DNA from: Octopus vulgaris
Lineage: Eukaryota
NCBI GenBank assembly: GCA_951406725.2
Contig: OX597817.1
Location: 70,556,001-70,620,000, forward strand
Direction of reading: 5' to 3'
Length of the DNA stretch: 64,000 nucleotides
The translations under genes were made by a program, and so were the position numbers. Under the pieces are notes generated by a model. The model saw nothing but the letters and a program-made list of their open reading frames with translations, was not told the DNA's origin and made no database searches. Below, in pieces: positions 26,610 to 39,125 of the stretch; the stretch's first letter is position 1; each line of letters opens with the position of its first letter.

Positions 26610-26900
26610 AGTCGAGCTAGTGGGTCGGATAATATGCTTAGCGGTATTTCTTCAGGCGCTTTACGTTCTGAGCTCAAATCCCGCTGAGGTCGCCCTTGTC
26701 TTTCATCCTATCCAGATCGATGAAATAAATACCTGTTGAGCACTGGAGTCTATCTGATCGACTAGCTCCCTCCCTCCTCTATTGTCCCTAAAGTATAATG
26801 GATTGCTTTCTATTTCAGGGCGGAGAGCTGGCAGAATCGTTGGCACGCCGGGCAAATTGATTAGCAGCAGTTCGTCCGTCTTTACCTCCTTGAGCTCAAA
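26610..26900 (+). mobile_element. SINE family B, diverged copy plus a second head
   Basis: ttacgttctgagctcaaatcccgctgaggtcg...; ggcggagagctggcagaatcgttggcacgccggg. Confidence 0.7.
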
Positions 26901-27018
26901 CGGTGGTTTCGAGTTCAGTCTCACTGCGTGGCACCTTGGACAAATGTCTTCTACTATATCCTCGGGCCGACCAAAGCCTTGTGAGTGGATTTGGTAGACG
27001 GAAACTGAAAGAAGCCTG

Positions 27019-27085
<67 letters not shown>

Positions 27086-27193
27086 AGGAAGCACTCCGTC
27101 GGTTACGACGATGAGGGTTCCGGTTGATCTGAATCAACGGAACAGCCTGCTCGTGAAATTAACGTGTAAGTGGCTGAGCACTCCACAGACGCG

Positions 27194-27227
<34 letters not shown>

Positions 27228-27435
27228 ATATGTTTGTGTGTCTGTGTTTGTCACCCCAACATCGCTTAACAACCGATGCTGGTGTGTTTACATGACCGTA
27301 ACTTGGCGGTTCGTCAAAAGAGACCGATAGAAAAAGTACTAGTCTTACAAAGAATAAGTCCTGGGGTCGATTTGCTCGACTAAAGGTGGTGCCCCAGCAT
27401 GGCCATAGTCATATGACTGAAACAAGTAAAAGAGT
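26900..27435 (+). mobile_element. SINE family A with a family C tail fragment (27090-27192, minus) in its internal (TA)n
   Basis: Family A body interrupted by gcactccgtcggttacgacgatgagggttcc...gagcactccacagac. Confidence 0.85.
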
Positions 27436-27459
27436 ATCTGGTGGTATTGTCCACTGAAG

Positions 27460-27690
27460 ACAGTGAGCTAGCAGAATCGTTAGCACACCGTTAGCAAACT
27501 GCACATCGTTAACAAACTGCTTAGCGGCATTTCGTCCGTCTTTACGTTCTCAGTTCAAATTCGACTTTGGTCGATTTGCCTTTCATCCTTTTGGGGCCGA
27601 TAAAATAAGTACCAGTAGGGCACTGGGGTCGATGTAATCGACTTACCCTTTCCCCTGAACTTGCTAGCCGTGTGTCAAAATTTGAAGAAA
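27460..27690 (+). mobile_element. SINE family B
   Basis: gtgagctagcagaatcgttagc...gcctttcatccttttggggccgataaaataagtaccag. Confidence 0.8.
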
Positions 27691-28007
27691 CCAGTATAAA
27701 TCTTTCTGATGTCATCTAAAGCAGATTTTCGGCTGGTTGCTCATGTTTTAGCTCCAGGATAACTCCGACAGAATGCATTCCAAGTTTTAAGCACCCATTC
27801 TTTCATCTTCTGGGCTCATATTTCCTTCACTGAGACGATTTAATGAGATGAAGTAGGAATCTCGTTGCTATCTCGAGGACAAGCTCGAACGACCTCGCAC
27901 AAACGATACCAAAATATCAACCTACTGTGGTTCGAGTAAAAGAAGTTCTTTCGTTCTTTTTCCTTTCGAAAGAGGTATTGATATAAAGTGAGCTAAAATA
28001 GGATCTT

Positions 28008-28490
28008 TTATCTTTTACTTCTTTCAGTGATTTGACTGCGGCCATGCCGCGGCACAGTCTTGAAATTTTAGTCGAATGTATCGATCCCAGTACTTTTTTT
28101 TTTAAGCTTAGTACTTACTTTTTCGATCTTTTTTGCCGAACCGCTAAGTTTCAGGGACGTAAACACACCAACACCAGTTGTCAAGCGATGGTGGGAGATA
28201 AGCACACACAAAGACACACAGACACACACACATGTGGCGGCTTCTCTCAGTTTTCGTCTTCCAAACCCACTCACAAGGCTTTAGTCGATACGAGGCTATA
28301 GTAGAAGACACTTGCTCAAGGTGCCACGTAGTCAGACTGAATCCGGAGTGATTTTAGAAGTTACCTTTCAAACTTCGTGATTTCCGGTTCGGTCCTACTG
28401 CGTGGCACTTTGGACAAGTGTCTACGATAGCCCCGGTCCAACCAATACCTTGTTTCAAAAACAGAGCCTGTATGGAAGGCCATCGTATAA
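28008..28490. mobile_element. Two divergent SINE A copies (28008-28350 minus; 28355-28490 plus, partial)
   Basis: Family A motifs on opposite strands, head to head. Confidence 0.7.
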
Positions 28491-28505
28491 TATATATATA
28501 TACTG

Positions 28506-28577
<72 letters not shown>

Positions 28578-28986
28578 GATCTTTTTGGTTTGAACGGCAG
28601 TCTTTTTTAGCGGTGTCATATGAAATTGTCACCCATAATTATGACCCTAGTATCGATCTATTGCATTTCAATCTGTTTTAGGGTTAGGGTTAGGGGTAAG
28701 GGTATATTTTTTTCTTCAGGAATGTAAATAAACCCAATCTATTTCTTAAACGAGGGACATATTCATACGGCACAGAATGTTTTCACCTCAATAGACGTTA
28801 TTGATTGGTTGAAATTGCAGAAATTGAAGAAAAAAACAACAAATATCTTACAAACTATAGAATTTTCTCAATAAAGCCAAGAGAAAAAGATGTTTTATAA
28901 ATACATTCTACCAGTATACGAAGTTTAAAAGTGTTTAGTTACGTGGAAATTATTTTTTAAAACTGCCGTTCAAACCGAAAAGATTC
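28578..28986. mobile_element. MITE family E (GGATCTTTT..GAACGGCAG TIRs) with a TTAGGG-like core
   Basis: ggatctttttggtttgaacggcagt ... actgccgttcaaaccgaaaagattc; internal ttagggttagggttagggg; sits in (TA)n. Confidence 0.85.
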
Positions 28987-29628
28987 ATATATATATACAC
29001 ACATACACACACACACACACACACACATAATAATAATATGTAACATATGGTATAATTACAAACAGGAAAAATTTTAGCCATTTCTCCACAGACTGAAAAT
29101 ATGATAACCTTAATTGATTTTCGAAACTTATATATATATTGATCATTTGTATTATTCCCGAACAGAATATACTTCGCTAAGAAGGTCTAATAAGAACGAA
29201 ATATGTTCGTTGATTTGGCTAGACTAATTTACTTGCAATTATCACTCTTCTAGCATTCTGATAGAGATTATTTCGCCTACTAATTGTTTGAATAATTCCC
29301 GTTGATGGGAACTTATACAAACGGCACCCTAACACTCCACACAAGAACAGCCAAGCTTTTTCATTTTAATTCTTTAATTTTATCTTTAACATATTGCATT
29401 ATGGGAGGCTACTGTCTATGCTTTTGTTTTTGCTTGTTTTTCTCTTCTTTTTTTTTCTTCTTTAGTGTACACATACAATTAAGATTGGTTAGAAAGGGTG
29501 TCAGCCAAAGTATTTTTAAGGAAGCCCGTCACTATTGGTTGTTTTTTGTTTTCGTGTTTCTTTTTAATATATCGAATTTTAGAAAACAGTTCTACATTTT
29601 AAGTGGTATATATATAGCTGTGTTTGTG

Positions 29629-29631
<3 letters not shown>

Positions 29632-29704
<73 letters not shown>
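29632..29704. repeat. (GA)n microsatellite
   Basis: Direct reading. Confidence 0.95.
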
Positions 29705-29706
<2 letters not shown>

Positions 29707-29956
29707 ACAGTTGTTTGATATGCATATTAATGAAAGTAGCGTTCTCTATTCGGCGACGTTTTTGATATTTGATGTTACTGTATTATTTTTACATATATTA
29801 ATTATGCCAGGGGGGTACGTAACTTGGTTACTCATATCAGTATAAATACATAGATACATACATGCAAGTTTGAGTGTGTGAGTGTTACAGTGTGTATATG
29901 TATATGTGTGTGTGTGTGTATAGACACATATACATATGCACATAGAGACACACATG

Positions 29957-30026
<70 letters not shown>

Positions 30027-30028
<2 letters not shown>

Positions 30029-30102
30029 GGAGTAAACACATAAATGTGAAACAAGGTGGAAAAAAGAGTACTCAAATACCAGTGGTAGAGTAATATGCTT
30101 TA
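30027..30102. mobile_element. Penelope pLTR-like fragment in (TA)n
   Basis: Identical by eye to 43333-43408 (ccggagtaaacacataaatgtgaaacaagg...gtaatatgctttat). Confidence 0.75.
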
Positions 30103-30258
30103 TATAAAGTATATATATATATATATGTATATTTAAATAAGTATCACTAACATTATTAATAACATATTTTTATAGTAAATTGTGGATTAGAACGATAGCT
30201 CAGTACATAGCAAGGGGTATTTCAATCAATACCCTTCTGTATGTTTAATATAACACAC

Positions 30259-30306
<48 letters not shown>

Positions 30307-30311
30307 ATATA

Positions 30312-30356
<45 letters not shown>

Positions 30357-30392
30357 ATATATATATCTATGTATGTATTATGTATGTATATA

Positions 30393-30437
<45 letters not shown>

Positions 30438-30456
30438 TATGTATGTATATGTGTGC

Positions 30457-30507
<51 letters not shown>

Positions 30508-30543
30508 AATATATATACAGGTGAAACATTACAAATTGCTGTT

Positions 30544-30600
<57 letters not shown>

Positions 30601-30896
30601 GTGTGTAAGGCAACTATTAATAAAAGTTAAATTGGCGAAGTCATCGGGATGTCATTTAGACATACCCCCACTAGTGCACCCCCCTTCTTTCGACTTAGTT
30701 TCCTCATAACTTCCAGTTCCAGAAAACTGGACATTTTTCATGAAATGTGCTTCAGATTCCGATTATATCAGAATTTCTTTGGTGTCAAAAAGTTTTTTCC
30801 GAGGGTGAGGGAGGAGAGCAGTTTCTCCCACAAGCTGCCTTTGTTTCCTCATGACTTTCCGAAAGACGGATCTTTTTATTTTATGAAATTTCAGAT

Positions 30897-31049
30897 AGGC
30901 GCAGGAGTGGCTGTGTGGTAAGTAGCTTGCTAACCAACCATATGGTTGCGGGTTCAGTCCCACTGCGTGGCATCTTGGGCAAGTGTCTTCTGCTATATCC
31001 TCGGGCCGAGGATATAGACGGAAACTGAAAGAAGCCTGTCGTATATATG

Positions 31050-31080
<31 letters not shown>

Positions 31081-31285
31081 TTGTGTGTCTGTGTTTGTCC
31101 CCCTAGCATTGCTTGACAACCGATGCTGGTGTGTTTACGTCCTCGTCACTTAGCGGTTCGGCTTAAAGAGACCGATAGAATAAGTACTGGGCTTACAAAG
31201 AATAAGTCCCGGGGTCGATTTGATCGACTAAAGGCGGTGCTCCAGCATGGCCGCAGTCAAATGACTGAAACAAGTTAAATAGTAA
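30897..31285 (+). mobile_element. SINE family A, near full length
   Basis: ggcgcaggagtggctgtgtggtaag through ggccgcagtcaaatgactgaaacaag. Confidence 0.9.
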
Positions 31286-31369
31286 ATAGTAGTAGTATGG
31301 TGCGTATTACGATTGAATCGAAATTAAGTTTGAAAAAAAAATTATTTGGCTTGCACACATACATACTAG

Positions 31370-31590
31370 CGCAGGCGTGGCTGTGTTGTAATAAGCTTGC
31401 TTTCGAATCACATGGTTCTGGGCTCAGTCCAACTGTGTGACACCTCGGGCAAGTCTGAAATTGATGGATGAAACTTTGGGCCAATCGGATATGCATGGAG
31501 CCGTGTAAGCGTTGATATATGGGTTCGATTCCAACATGAGCCTTGTGAGTGGATTTGGTAGAAGAAAACTGAAAGAAGCTCGTCGTATAT
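31370..31590 (+). mobile_element. SINE family A 5' half carrying a templated insertion
   Basis: Head and gccttgtgagtggatttggtag are separated by about 83 bp copied in reverse from about 31795-31878. Confidence 0.75.
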
Positions 31591-31614
31591 ACATATAATT
31601 ATATATATACATAT

Positions 31615-32097
31615 AATTTCGTAAACAAACCCGAAGGGTTGATAATTTACGGAGAAAAGTGACCACGAAAGTTTTTTTTATTTTTTTATTTTTTTATATA
31701 TATACAGTGATAACTATAATACTATATTATAATAATATACATTCCGATTAAAGCGACATAATCTAAATATATGACTGAAAAATGATGAGCTGAACACGTT
31801 GGAATCGAACCCATATATCAACGCTTACACGGCTCCATGCATATCCGATTGACCCAAAGTTTCATCCATCAATTTCAGTCAAATTTAATGACATGTAATT
31901 TTGTAAACAAACCCGAAGTCTTGGTAAGTTACGGAGAAAAGCGACCACGAAATTCTTCTTTATACAATAATAACTATAATAATATATTATTATATATATA
32001 TACTCCCATTAAAGCGACATAATCTAAACATATGACTGAAAAATGATGAGCTGAACACGTAGGAATCGAACCCACATATCAACGTTTACATGGATCC

Positions 32098-32100
<3 letters not shown>
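31615..32100. repeat. Diverged tandem duplication of a roughly 280-bp unit
   Basis: gtaaacaaacccgaag...acggagaaaag.gaccacgaaa...gattaaagcgacataatctaaa.atatgactgaaaaatgatgagctgaacacgt.ggaatcgaaccca occurs at about 31620 and 31903. Confidence 0.8.
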
Positions 32101-32128
<28 letters not shown>

Positions 32129-32329
32129 TGTATGATGTATGTATGTATGTATGTATGTATGTATGTGTGTGTGTGTGTGTGTGTGTTTATGTATATATGT
32201 ATGATGTATGTATGTACGTATGATGTATGCATGTATGTATGCGTATGTATGTATTGTGTGTGTGTGTGTGTGTGCGCGCGCGTTTGTGTGTGTATGTGCA
32301 CGTTTGTGTGTGTGCGTGTGTGCGTGTGT

Positions 32330-32545
32330 CCGTGTTTGTCCTCTACCACCATTTGACAACTGGTGCTAGTGTGTTCCCATCCCCGTAACTTAACGGTTTG
32401 GCAAAAGAACTGACAGAATAGCTACTAGGCTTTATAAAAAACAAATAAGTGCTGGGGTCGATACATTCGACCAAAATTTCTTCAATCCAGTGCCCCAGCC
32501 TGGCCGCAGCCTAATGACCGAAAGATGTAAAAGATAAAAGAAATA
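32330..32545 (+). mobile_element. SINE family A, 3' half
   Basis: gtgtttgtcc...ccccgtaacttaacggtttggcaaaag...gtgccccagcctggccgcag. Confidence 0.75.
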
Positions 32546-32575
32546 CGGTAAATTGGTATGTGTGTCAGTTTGTAT

Positions 32576-33423
32576 GGATCTTTACCTTTTGACCGGCAGA
32601 TTTAGAAAATAATTTTTTGTAACTAAACACTTTCAAACTTCGTATACTGGTAGAATGTGTCATATAAAACATTTTTTACTCTTAGCGTTTTTGAGAAAAC
32701 TTTATATTTACGAAGTTATTTCACGTTCAAGTTGTCCTATTTCGGTAATTTCAACCAATCAATGACGTGTATTCAGCTGAATAAAATTACTGATGTTGTT
32801 TGTGAACAACAACTTCCGGCGATGAATATATTTCGTTTGTCACAGTTATCTATGACATATTTCATCTCAGTTACGTTTGTATGAATAAACGAGTGTATCT
32901 GAAGCATGTTTACTTCGTGGCACTACCATAATCGTTTGTGCATTTCTACTGCTTTTATCTTTTTTTTTTCTGTTTTCCAGCTACTATTTTCGGAAAGACT
33001 TTTTTGCTCCCCTACCCCTAACCCTCCAATTTCTTCATTTTTCATTTTTTCCGTAACTCTAACCCTAAAACCACAACCCTAACCCTAAAACCTTAACCCT
33101 AACCCTAAAACCTTAAAGCTAAAACCAGTACAAACGCACGAACGATGTCATAAATAACACTGACAAACATATACACCGCCGATAGTTGTTGTTGACAAAC
33201 AATGGGCAGTAATTTTATTCAGCTGAATACACGTCATTGATTGGCTGAAATTACCGAAATACGACAACTTTAACACGAAATAACTTCGTAAACATAAACT
33301 TTTCTCAAAACCGCTCAGAATAAAAGATGTTTTATATGACACATTCTACCAGTGTCCGAAGTTTGAAAGTGTTTAGTTACGAAAAATTAATTTCTTGATC
33401 TGCCGTTCAAAGGGAAAAGATCC
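32576..33423. mobile_element. Foldback MITE related to family E, TIRs about 245 bp, 8-bp TSD
   Basis: 32576-32820 is the inverted copy of about 33180-33423; gtttgtat at 32568-32575 and 33424-33431; central (taaccc/taaaacc)n. Confidence 0.9.
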
Positions 33424-34837
33424 GTTTGTATGAGTGCGATCCCACCATTTTTTTTCTTTTTCATATTAAATTCCGATATAATCATCATCTACGCCTGAAG
33501 GGCATATGTAGATTTCATTACAAAAATACTCATTTTTCTGAAAGTTATGAGGAAATAAAAGCGACTTTTGTGAATTTTCAGAAACCCTCCACCCTCTTCG
33601 GATAGAAGTTGAAGGCTTACCACTGCAACTCGAACCCGCATCTTCTGTAAACATACCAGACATTCTACCATTGGACCAAAGCAATCTTTCGAATTTCGAT
33701 ACCTATTTCAGAAAGTTAGTTCTTACCCGCGAAAATTGTATGTTGCTAATGTCATAAGAATTTTTAAAATTCGCAGAGAACGTAAAAAGATTCGCTTATT
33801 TACTTCGAGTATAACCGTTAAAAACGAACTATATACACACGTGTGTGTGTGTGTGTGTGTGTCTGTGTGTGTGTCTGTGTGTGTGTGTGTGTATGTATAT
33901 ATAACGGTTGATCGCTTAAGTAAACTATACAAATCATTGATTCAGTGTGAAAGTACGTGGTTATTCTGATTATTACACAAACAGGTGTAAATTCTCAAGC
34001 GGAATCAATCAACCGGGCACCGTGTGACCCTTCCAGTGGTGTCACAACAAGATCAACCTCTCAACCCACAATATATCGCTATTTAATTATTAATCAGTTC
34101 AATCAATATATAAATTTCTGAGTTTTTTCCCTTGTTTCTCCTGACGAAATTTGTCATTGACACTAAACGAAATCTTCTCATTAAAGCTGAAATTCTAAAC
34201 GATCAGAAATTCTTTCCGGTTTTACTACGGCAGTAATTATACACTTAATACATTCACATACATTAAGTATGCAAGATCGGATGTATACGAAAAAAGTTTT
34301 GTTGGTATAGCAGTCATTTTATAAGACTGCTTATTCCAACAAAATTTCTTTCCCTCGCTGTTGAAGGTAAGAAAAATCAGAAACACGAGTGTGTCTGGGT
34401 TCTATAAATATTCATTTTCATATCAATGTCCGAGTGCACTTCGCATACATACAAACACAAACACACTACATCTTTACACTATACAAACATACAATTATTA
34501 TATGTATTTATACTAATCATACATACAATACACGTATGTGTGCGCGCACCAGCTTGTGCATGCGTATGTACGTGTGTGTACGCGCGCGTGTGTGTGTGTC
34601 TGTATGGGGTGGGGTGGGTGTAAGCGTGTGCGCACGCGAGCACGTGTACATCTAAGGTACAAGAGATAGCTAGATCCTTTTCTTAGTAACATCTTTAAAC
34701 AGAAACTAGCTAAAGAATTAATAATGAACTTCATCGAATTACTACATGTATTGATAAGTGCTTTTCACTTATTTGTATAGCCTGATGTATGTGTGTGTGT
34801 GGTGTGAGTATATGTAACGATAATACGCGCGCGCACG

Positions 34838-34879
<42 letters not shown>

Positions 34880-35253
34880 TATATATATATAAAGCTGAAG
34901 TTGTCCGTGTATGGCAAGTTTGGTAGCCTTCAACTAACACCATCTCCTCCGAGACCCTGCGGCGCAAGTTGACCAAAATTGAGAGTATGATAGAAGGCTT
35001 GCTCTTCATTCCATAGAAGAAAAAATTCAAATCGGGTCATGGTAACACCAAAAATTATTTACATCAAAAAGGTGCTTTTTCTCTATGAAAATCCCTATCT
35101 TTTACGGTTATTTTGACTGCTGTGTCGCCATTTTTCGGTGTATTTCAACCAGAAAAATGTTCACTTAAAGAGAATAACAAGCTACATACTTTTCAAAAAT
35201 TCAAATTCTAAAGGGTCGAAACAAACCCGAGCAACGCCGGGCGATACTGCTAG
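34880..35253 (+). mobile_element. Non-autonomous Helitron-type element
   Basis: 5' tatatataaagctgaag; 3' hairpin cccgagcaacgccggg followed by CTAG at 35250-35253. Confidence 0.8.
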
Positions 35254-35689
35254 CATATATATATATAATCTTTAGTACATGAACTTGTGCAAAGGAGAAT
35301 CGCAAGGAAACTTGTTGCGATCTACGATCTATTTCAGTAGAGAACAGTTTCTATAATTTGTAAATACAAAATTCAATATTTCAAATACACACGTTTTCTC
35401 AGTGATGGCAGCTATTACAAAGGAATTAATCATTTCTTGATAATTTGAGACAAGGGAATATAAATTTGAATTTGAAATTAAGGGATTATAGGAAAATAGC
35501 TGCATAGACTTCATATATTATTTTAGAAATTTGAAATTGAAATTTAAGTGTTTTGACGGAAAATACACAGAATTCACATTTTTTTTTTTGTCTGTCATGA
35601 AGAGATTTGAGATTTGAAGTTTCAAACAGATGTGCTAATCACGTGTCATTAAAGAGCTGAACCTATGCTCAAAGCGATACAACGGACCA

Positions 35690-35875
35690 GTTTACACGGT
35701 TGATGGCGCTATCGAAGACGGAAGAGAAAAATGTGGAATTTCTTGGCTGAGATGGTTCCGGATGTTTGCTATGTGCTGACAGCCAGGTCATGCAAAACCC
35801 TCTTGTATGAGTGGGGCTTGACAGCCAATCGCCGAGACGACAACGAGACGATATGAAACTACAAGGATGTCTTAC
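35690..35875 (+). pseudogene. Highly decayed RTE RT C-terminal fragment
   Basis: LRWF...CKTLLY...RRRQR...YKDV resembles the RTE LRWFGHV..PKQLLYGEL..YKD region. Confidence 0.4.
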
Positions 35876-36259
35876 ATATTATAGTGATAGCAAATCCTCT
35901 CCATTTGCACTGTGTACTTTAACATTGGCTAGTGCATGTTTTGTAAACATAGTTATTGTTGCCGCTGTCGTGTAACCCCGAGTCAGCTCTGATTTATTAT
36001 CGTTATTATTCCAGTCCTGATCATCCCTTCATAATCGGATGCAGGATACACCGTTTGATATATCCTTTCCTTTTTAAGAAAAGAAGGTAGCGATTTTAAG
36101 GTTATTTCTGCTATTTCTATCAGATCAAATTATTACTTAGACCGGAAGTGGAGAATCCTCCGCCTAGTAGGTGACATTTTGCTCACATCCAAATCTGAAG
36201 CTGCTTCAAGATAAAGTCTCAAAAACGCATATGGAAACAATAACTAATAAATTCATAGT

Positions 36260-36946
36260 GGTTTCAAATTTTGGTACAAGGTCAGTAATTTTAGAGGTGG
36301 GCCTAAGTCGAATGCATCGACTCCAATGTTTAAATAGTACTTATTTTATCGAACCCTGAAAGGATCTTTTCTACTCTAGGCACAAGGAGGGAGAGCAGTC
36401 GATTAGATCGACCCCAGTACGCAACTGCTACTTAATTTATCGACCCCGAAAGGATGAAAGGCAAAGTCGACTCTGGTGGCATCTGAATTCAGAAAGCAAA
36501 GGTGAACAAAATACCTATTTCTTTATTGCCCACAAGGGGCTAAACATAGAGGGGACAAACAAGTACAGACAAACGGATTAAGTCGATTACATCGACCCCA
36601 GTGCGTAACTGGTACTTAATTTATCGACCCCGAAAGGATGAAAGGTAAAGTCGACCTCGGCGGAATTTGAACTCAGAACGCAGCGGCAGACGAAATACCA
36701 CAAAGCATTTCGCCCGGTGTGCTAACGAGTCTGCCAGCTCACCGCCTTCATTAATAAATTACTGATAGTTTCAAATTTTGGCACAAGGCCAGCAATTCAG
36801 GAGAGGGGTAAGTCGATTACATCGACCCGAAAGGATGAAAGGCAAAGTCGACCTCGACAGAATTTGAACTCAGAATATAAAGATAGACGAAATGCCGCTA
36901 AGCATTTTGCCCGGCGTGCTAACAATTCTGCCAGCTCGCCGCCTTG
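36260..36946 (-). mobile_element. Tandem cluster of SINE family B copies
   Basis: Repeated cgaccccgaaaggatgaaagg.aaagtcgac...; heads end at about 36748 and 36945. Confidence 0.85.
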
Positions 36947-37812
36947 ATTAATAAATTAATAAGTTACATAACCACGTATGAATTTTATTAATGTTAAGTT
37001 TCCTTATTATTCTCACCCTTACAAGTTACTGTACACTCATAATTTACTCCTTGTACAAAAAAAGTTCGTCAAATCGGACACTGGCCTGGCACAGCGACAG
37101 CCGAACGGTGCAAAGGTATGCTTCATAATCAAGATCTCAGGTCTTATTCCACTGATCAAGTAGTGGATCCTGCTATAGCCATATAAAAGAAACTGCGTAG
37201 CGGAAACTGTGAAGAAGCCCAGTGAATGACTGCATCATCAGTTATTCAAAGAGCCATCCCTGTCATACACTAAATCACGTTAATTATTTCTTAATGTTAG
37301 TGGTTACAAGTGTATAGAGAACAGACACACTAATAACGCAGCCATTTACACCGTAATGAATAGATAAGAAGTCAGCTGCTCGAACATCTATCTTTTAGAA
37401 CACACATCGTTAAAATAGATAGAGAATTCGTTTACTTCAACCGTTGTTGATGTAATCAGTTTTCCTGTGACGTAAACTGCTGACAAAGAGTTTTACTACC
37501 AGCAAAGATCCTATGAGATTTTGGACTGAGTTGACACAGCTGAGCATATATAATTCATGAAACATATGTTTATTAATTTACAGGTGAACCATCTTATTGA
37601 GCCAGGTTTAATCGACGAAGTTTCCATACATAAATATAAACACAAAAAATTACTTTAGAGCTGCGGAACAAATCTTAATGTTTTAAGAAACGGGTGGATG
37701 GTTGAGAAGCGCGGTGGCTGATGTGCCAACCATTAGTGTATGTCTCCGTCGCAAATACGGGTACTGATTTTTTTAACACGTGACCTAAAACATATTTTCC
37801 AATAAATAGTTC

Positions 37813-38419
37813 GGATCTTTTCGGTTTGAACGGCAGTTTTTTTTCTAGCGGTGTCATATGAAATTGTCACCCATAATTATGACCCTAGTATCGATCTATT
37901 GTATTTCAATCTGTATATACATATATATATACATGTACATGTGTGTCTCTATGTGCATATGTATATGTGTCTATACACACACACACACACATATACATAC
38001 ACACTGTAACACTCACACACTCACACTTGCATGTATGTATCTATGTATTTATACTGATATGAGTAACCAAGTTACGTACCCCCTGGCATAATTAATATAT
38101 GTAAAGGGTTAGTTAGGGTTAGGGGTGGGGGAAGGGTATCTTTTTTTCTTCACATATGTAAATAAACCCAATCTGTTTCTTAAACGAGGGGCATATTCAT
38201 AAGGTACAGAATGTTTTCACCTCAATAGACGTCATCGATTGGTTGAAATTGCAGAAATTGAAGAAAAAAACAGCAAATATCTTACAAACTATAGAATTTT
38301 CTCAATAAAGCCAAGAGAAAAAGATGTTTTATAAACACATTCTACCAGTATACGAAGTCTGAAATTTTTTAGTTACCTAGAAATTATGTTAAAAACTGCC
38401 GTTCAAACCGAAAAGATCC
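37813..38419. mobile_element. MITE family E with 8-bp TSD and a captured local segment
   Basis: TIRs ggatcttttcggtttgaacggcagttttt / aaaaactgccgttcaaaccgaaaagatcc; aatagttc at 37805-37812 and 38420-38427. Confidence 0.9.
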
Positions 38420-38739
38420 AATAGTTCAAGATGGCACATCGATGCAACTAAGTTTTATTTATTTATTCATTCACTTATTTGCCAAACCTAGATGCTGTCA
38501 CCGCTACAAATGTACTTATAAACTGCACGCCGCTAAACGCTGTTAAACATTACAAAAAAATTCAAGTCGATGAACTATATGTTCATCTACCCAGGTTAAA
38601 AATACTTTCTCTTATTTTGAAGTGGGAAGGATATTTTCTTGTGTTCGAAGAAAAACTGAAACAATTGTCAATTCTACCTTGGGCATTCCATTCTGTTAAT
38701 ACCACCTTGTAAGAAAAAAATCGTGAATAAAATGAAATA

Positions 38740-39125
38740 GGGCGCAGGAGTGGCTGTGTGGTAAGTAGCTTGTTTACCAGCCACATGGTTCCGGGTTCAG
38801 TCCCACTATAGCCTCGGGCCGACCAAAGCCTTGTGAGTGGATTTGGTAGACGGAAACTGAAAGAAGCCCGTCGTATATATGTATATATATATGCGTGTGT
38901 GTGTTTGTGTGTCTGTGTTGGTCCCCCTAGCATTGCTTGACAACCGATGCTGGTGTGTTTATGTCCCCGTTACTTAGCGGTTCGGCAAAAGAGACCGATA
39001 GAATAAGTACTGGGCTTACAAAAGAATAAGTCCCGGGGTCGAGTTGCTCGATTAAAGGCGGTGCTCCAGCATGGCCGCAGTCAAATGACTGAAACAAGTA
39101 AAAGAGTAAAAGGGTAAAGAGAGAG
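38740..39125 (+). mobile_element. SINE family A with a small internal deletion
   Basis: Collinear with other copies; gtcccact joins directly to atagcctcggg. Confidence 0.9.

Noticed and set aside
33010-33120. True telomere or chromosome fusion site
   Set aside because: Short degenerate repeats enclosed by MITE TIRs and a TSD
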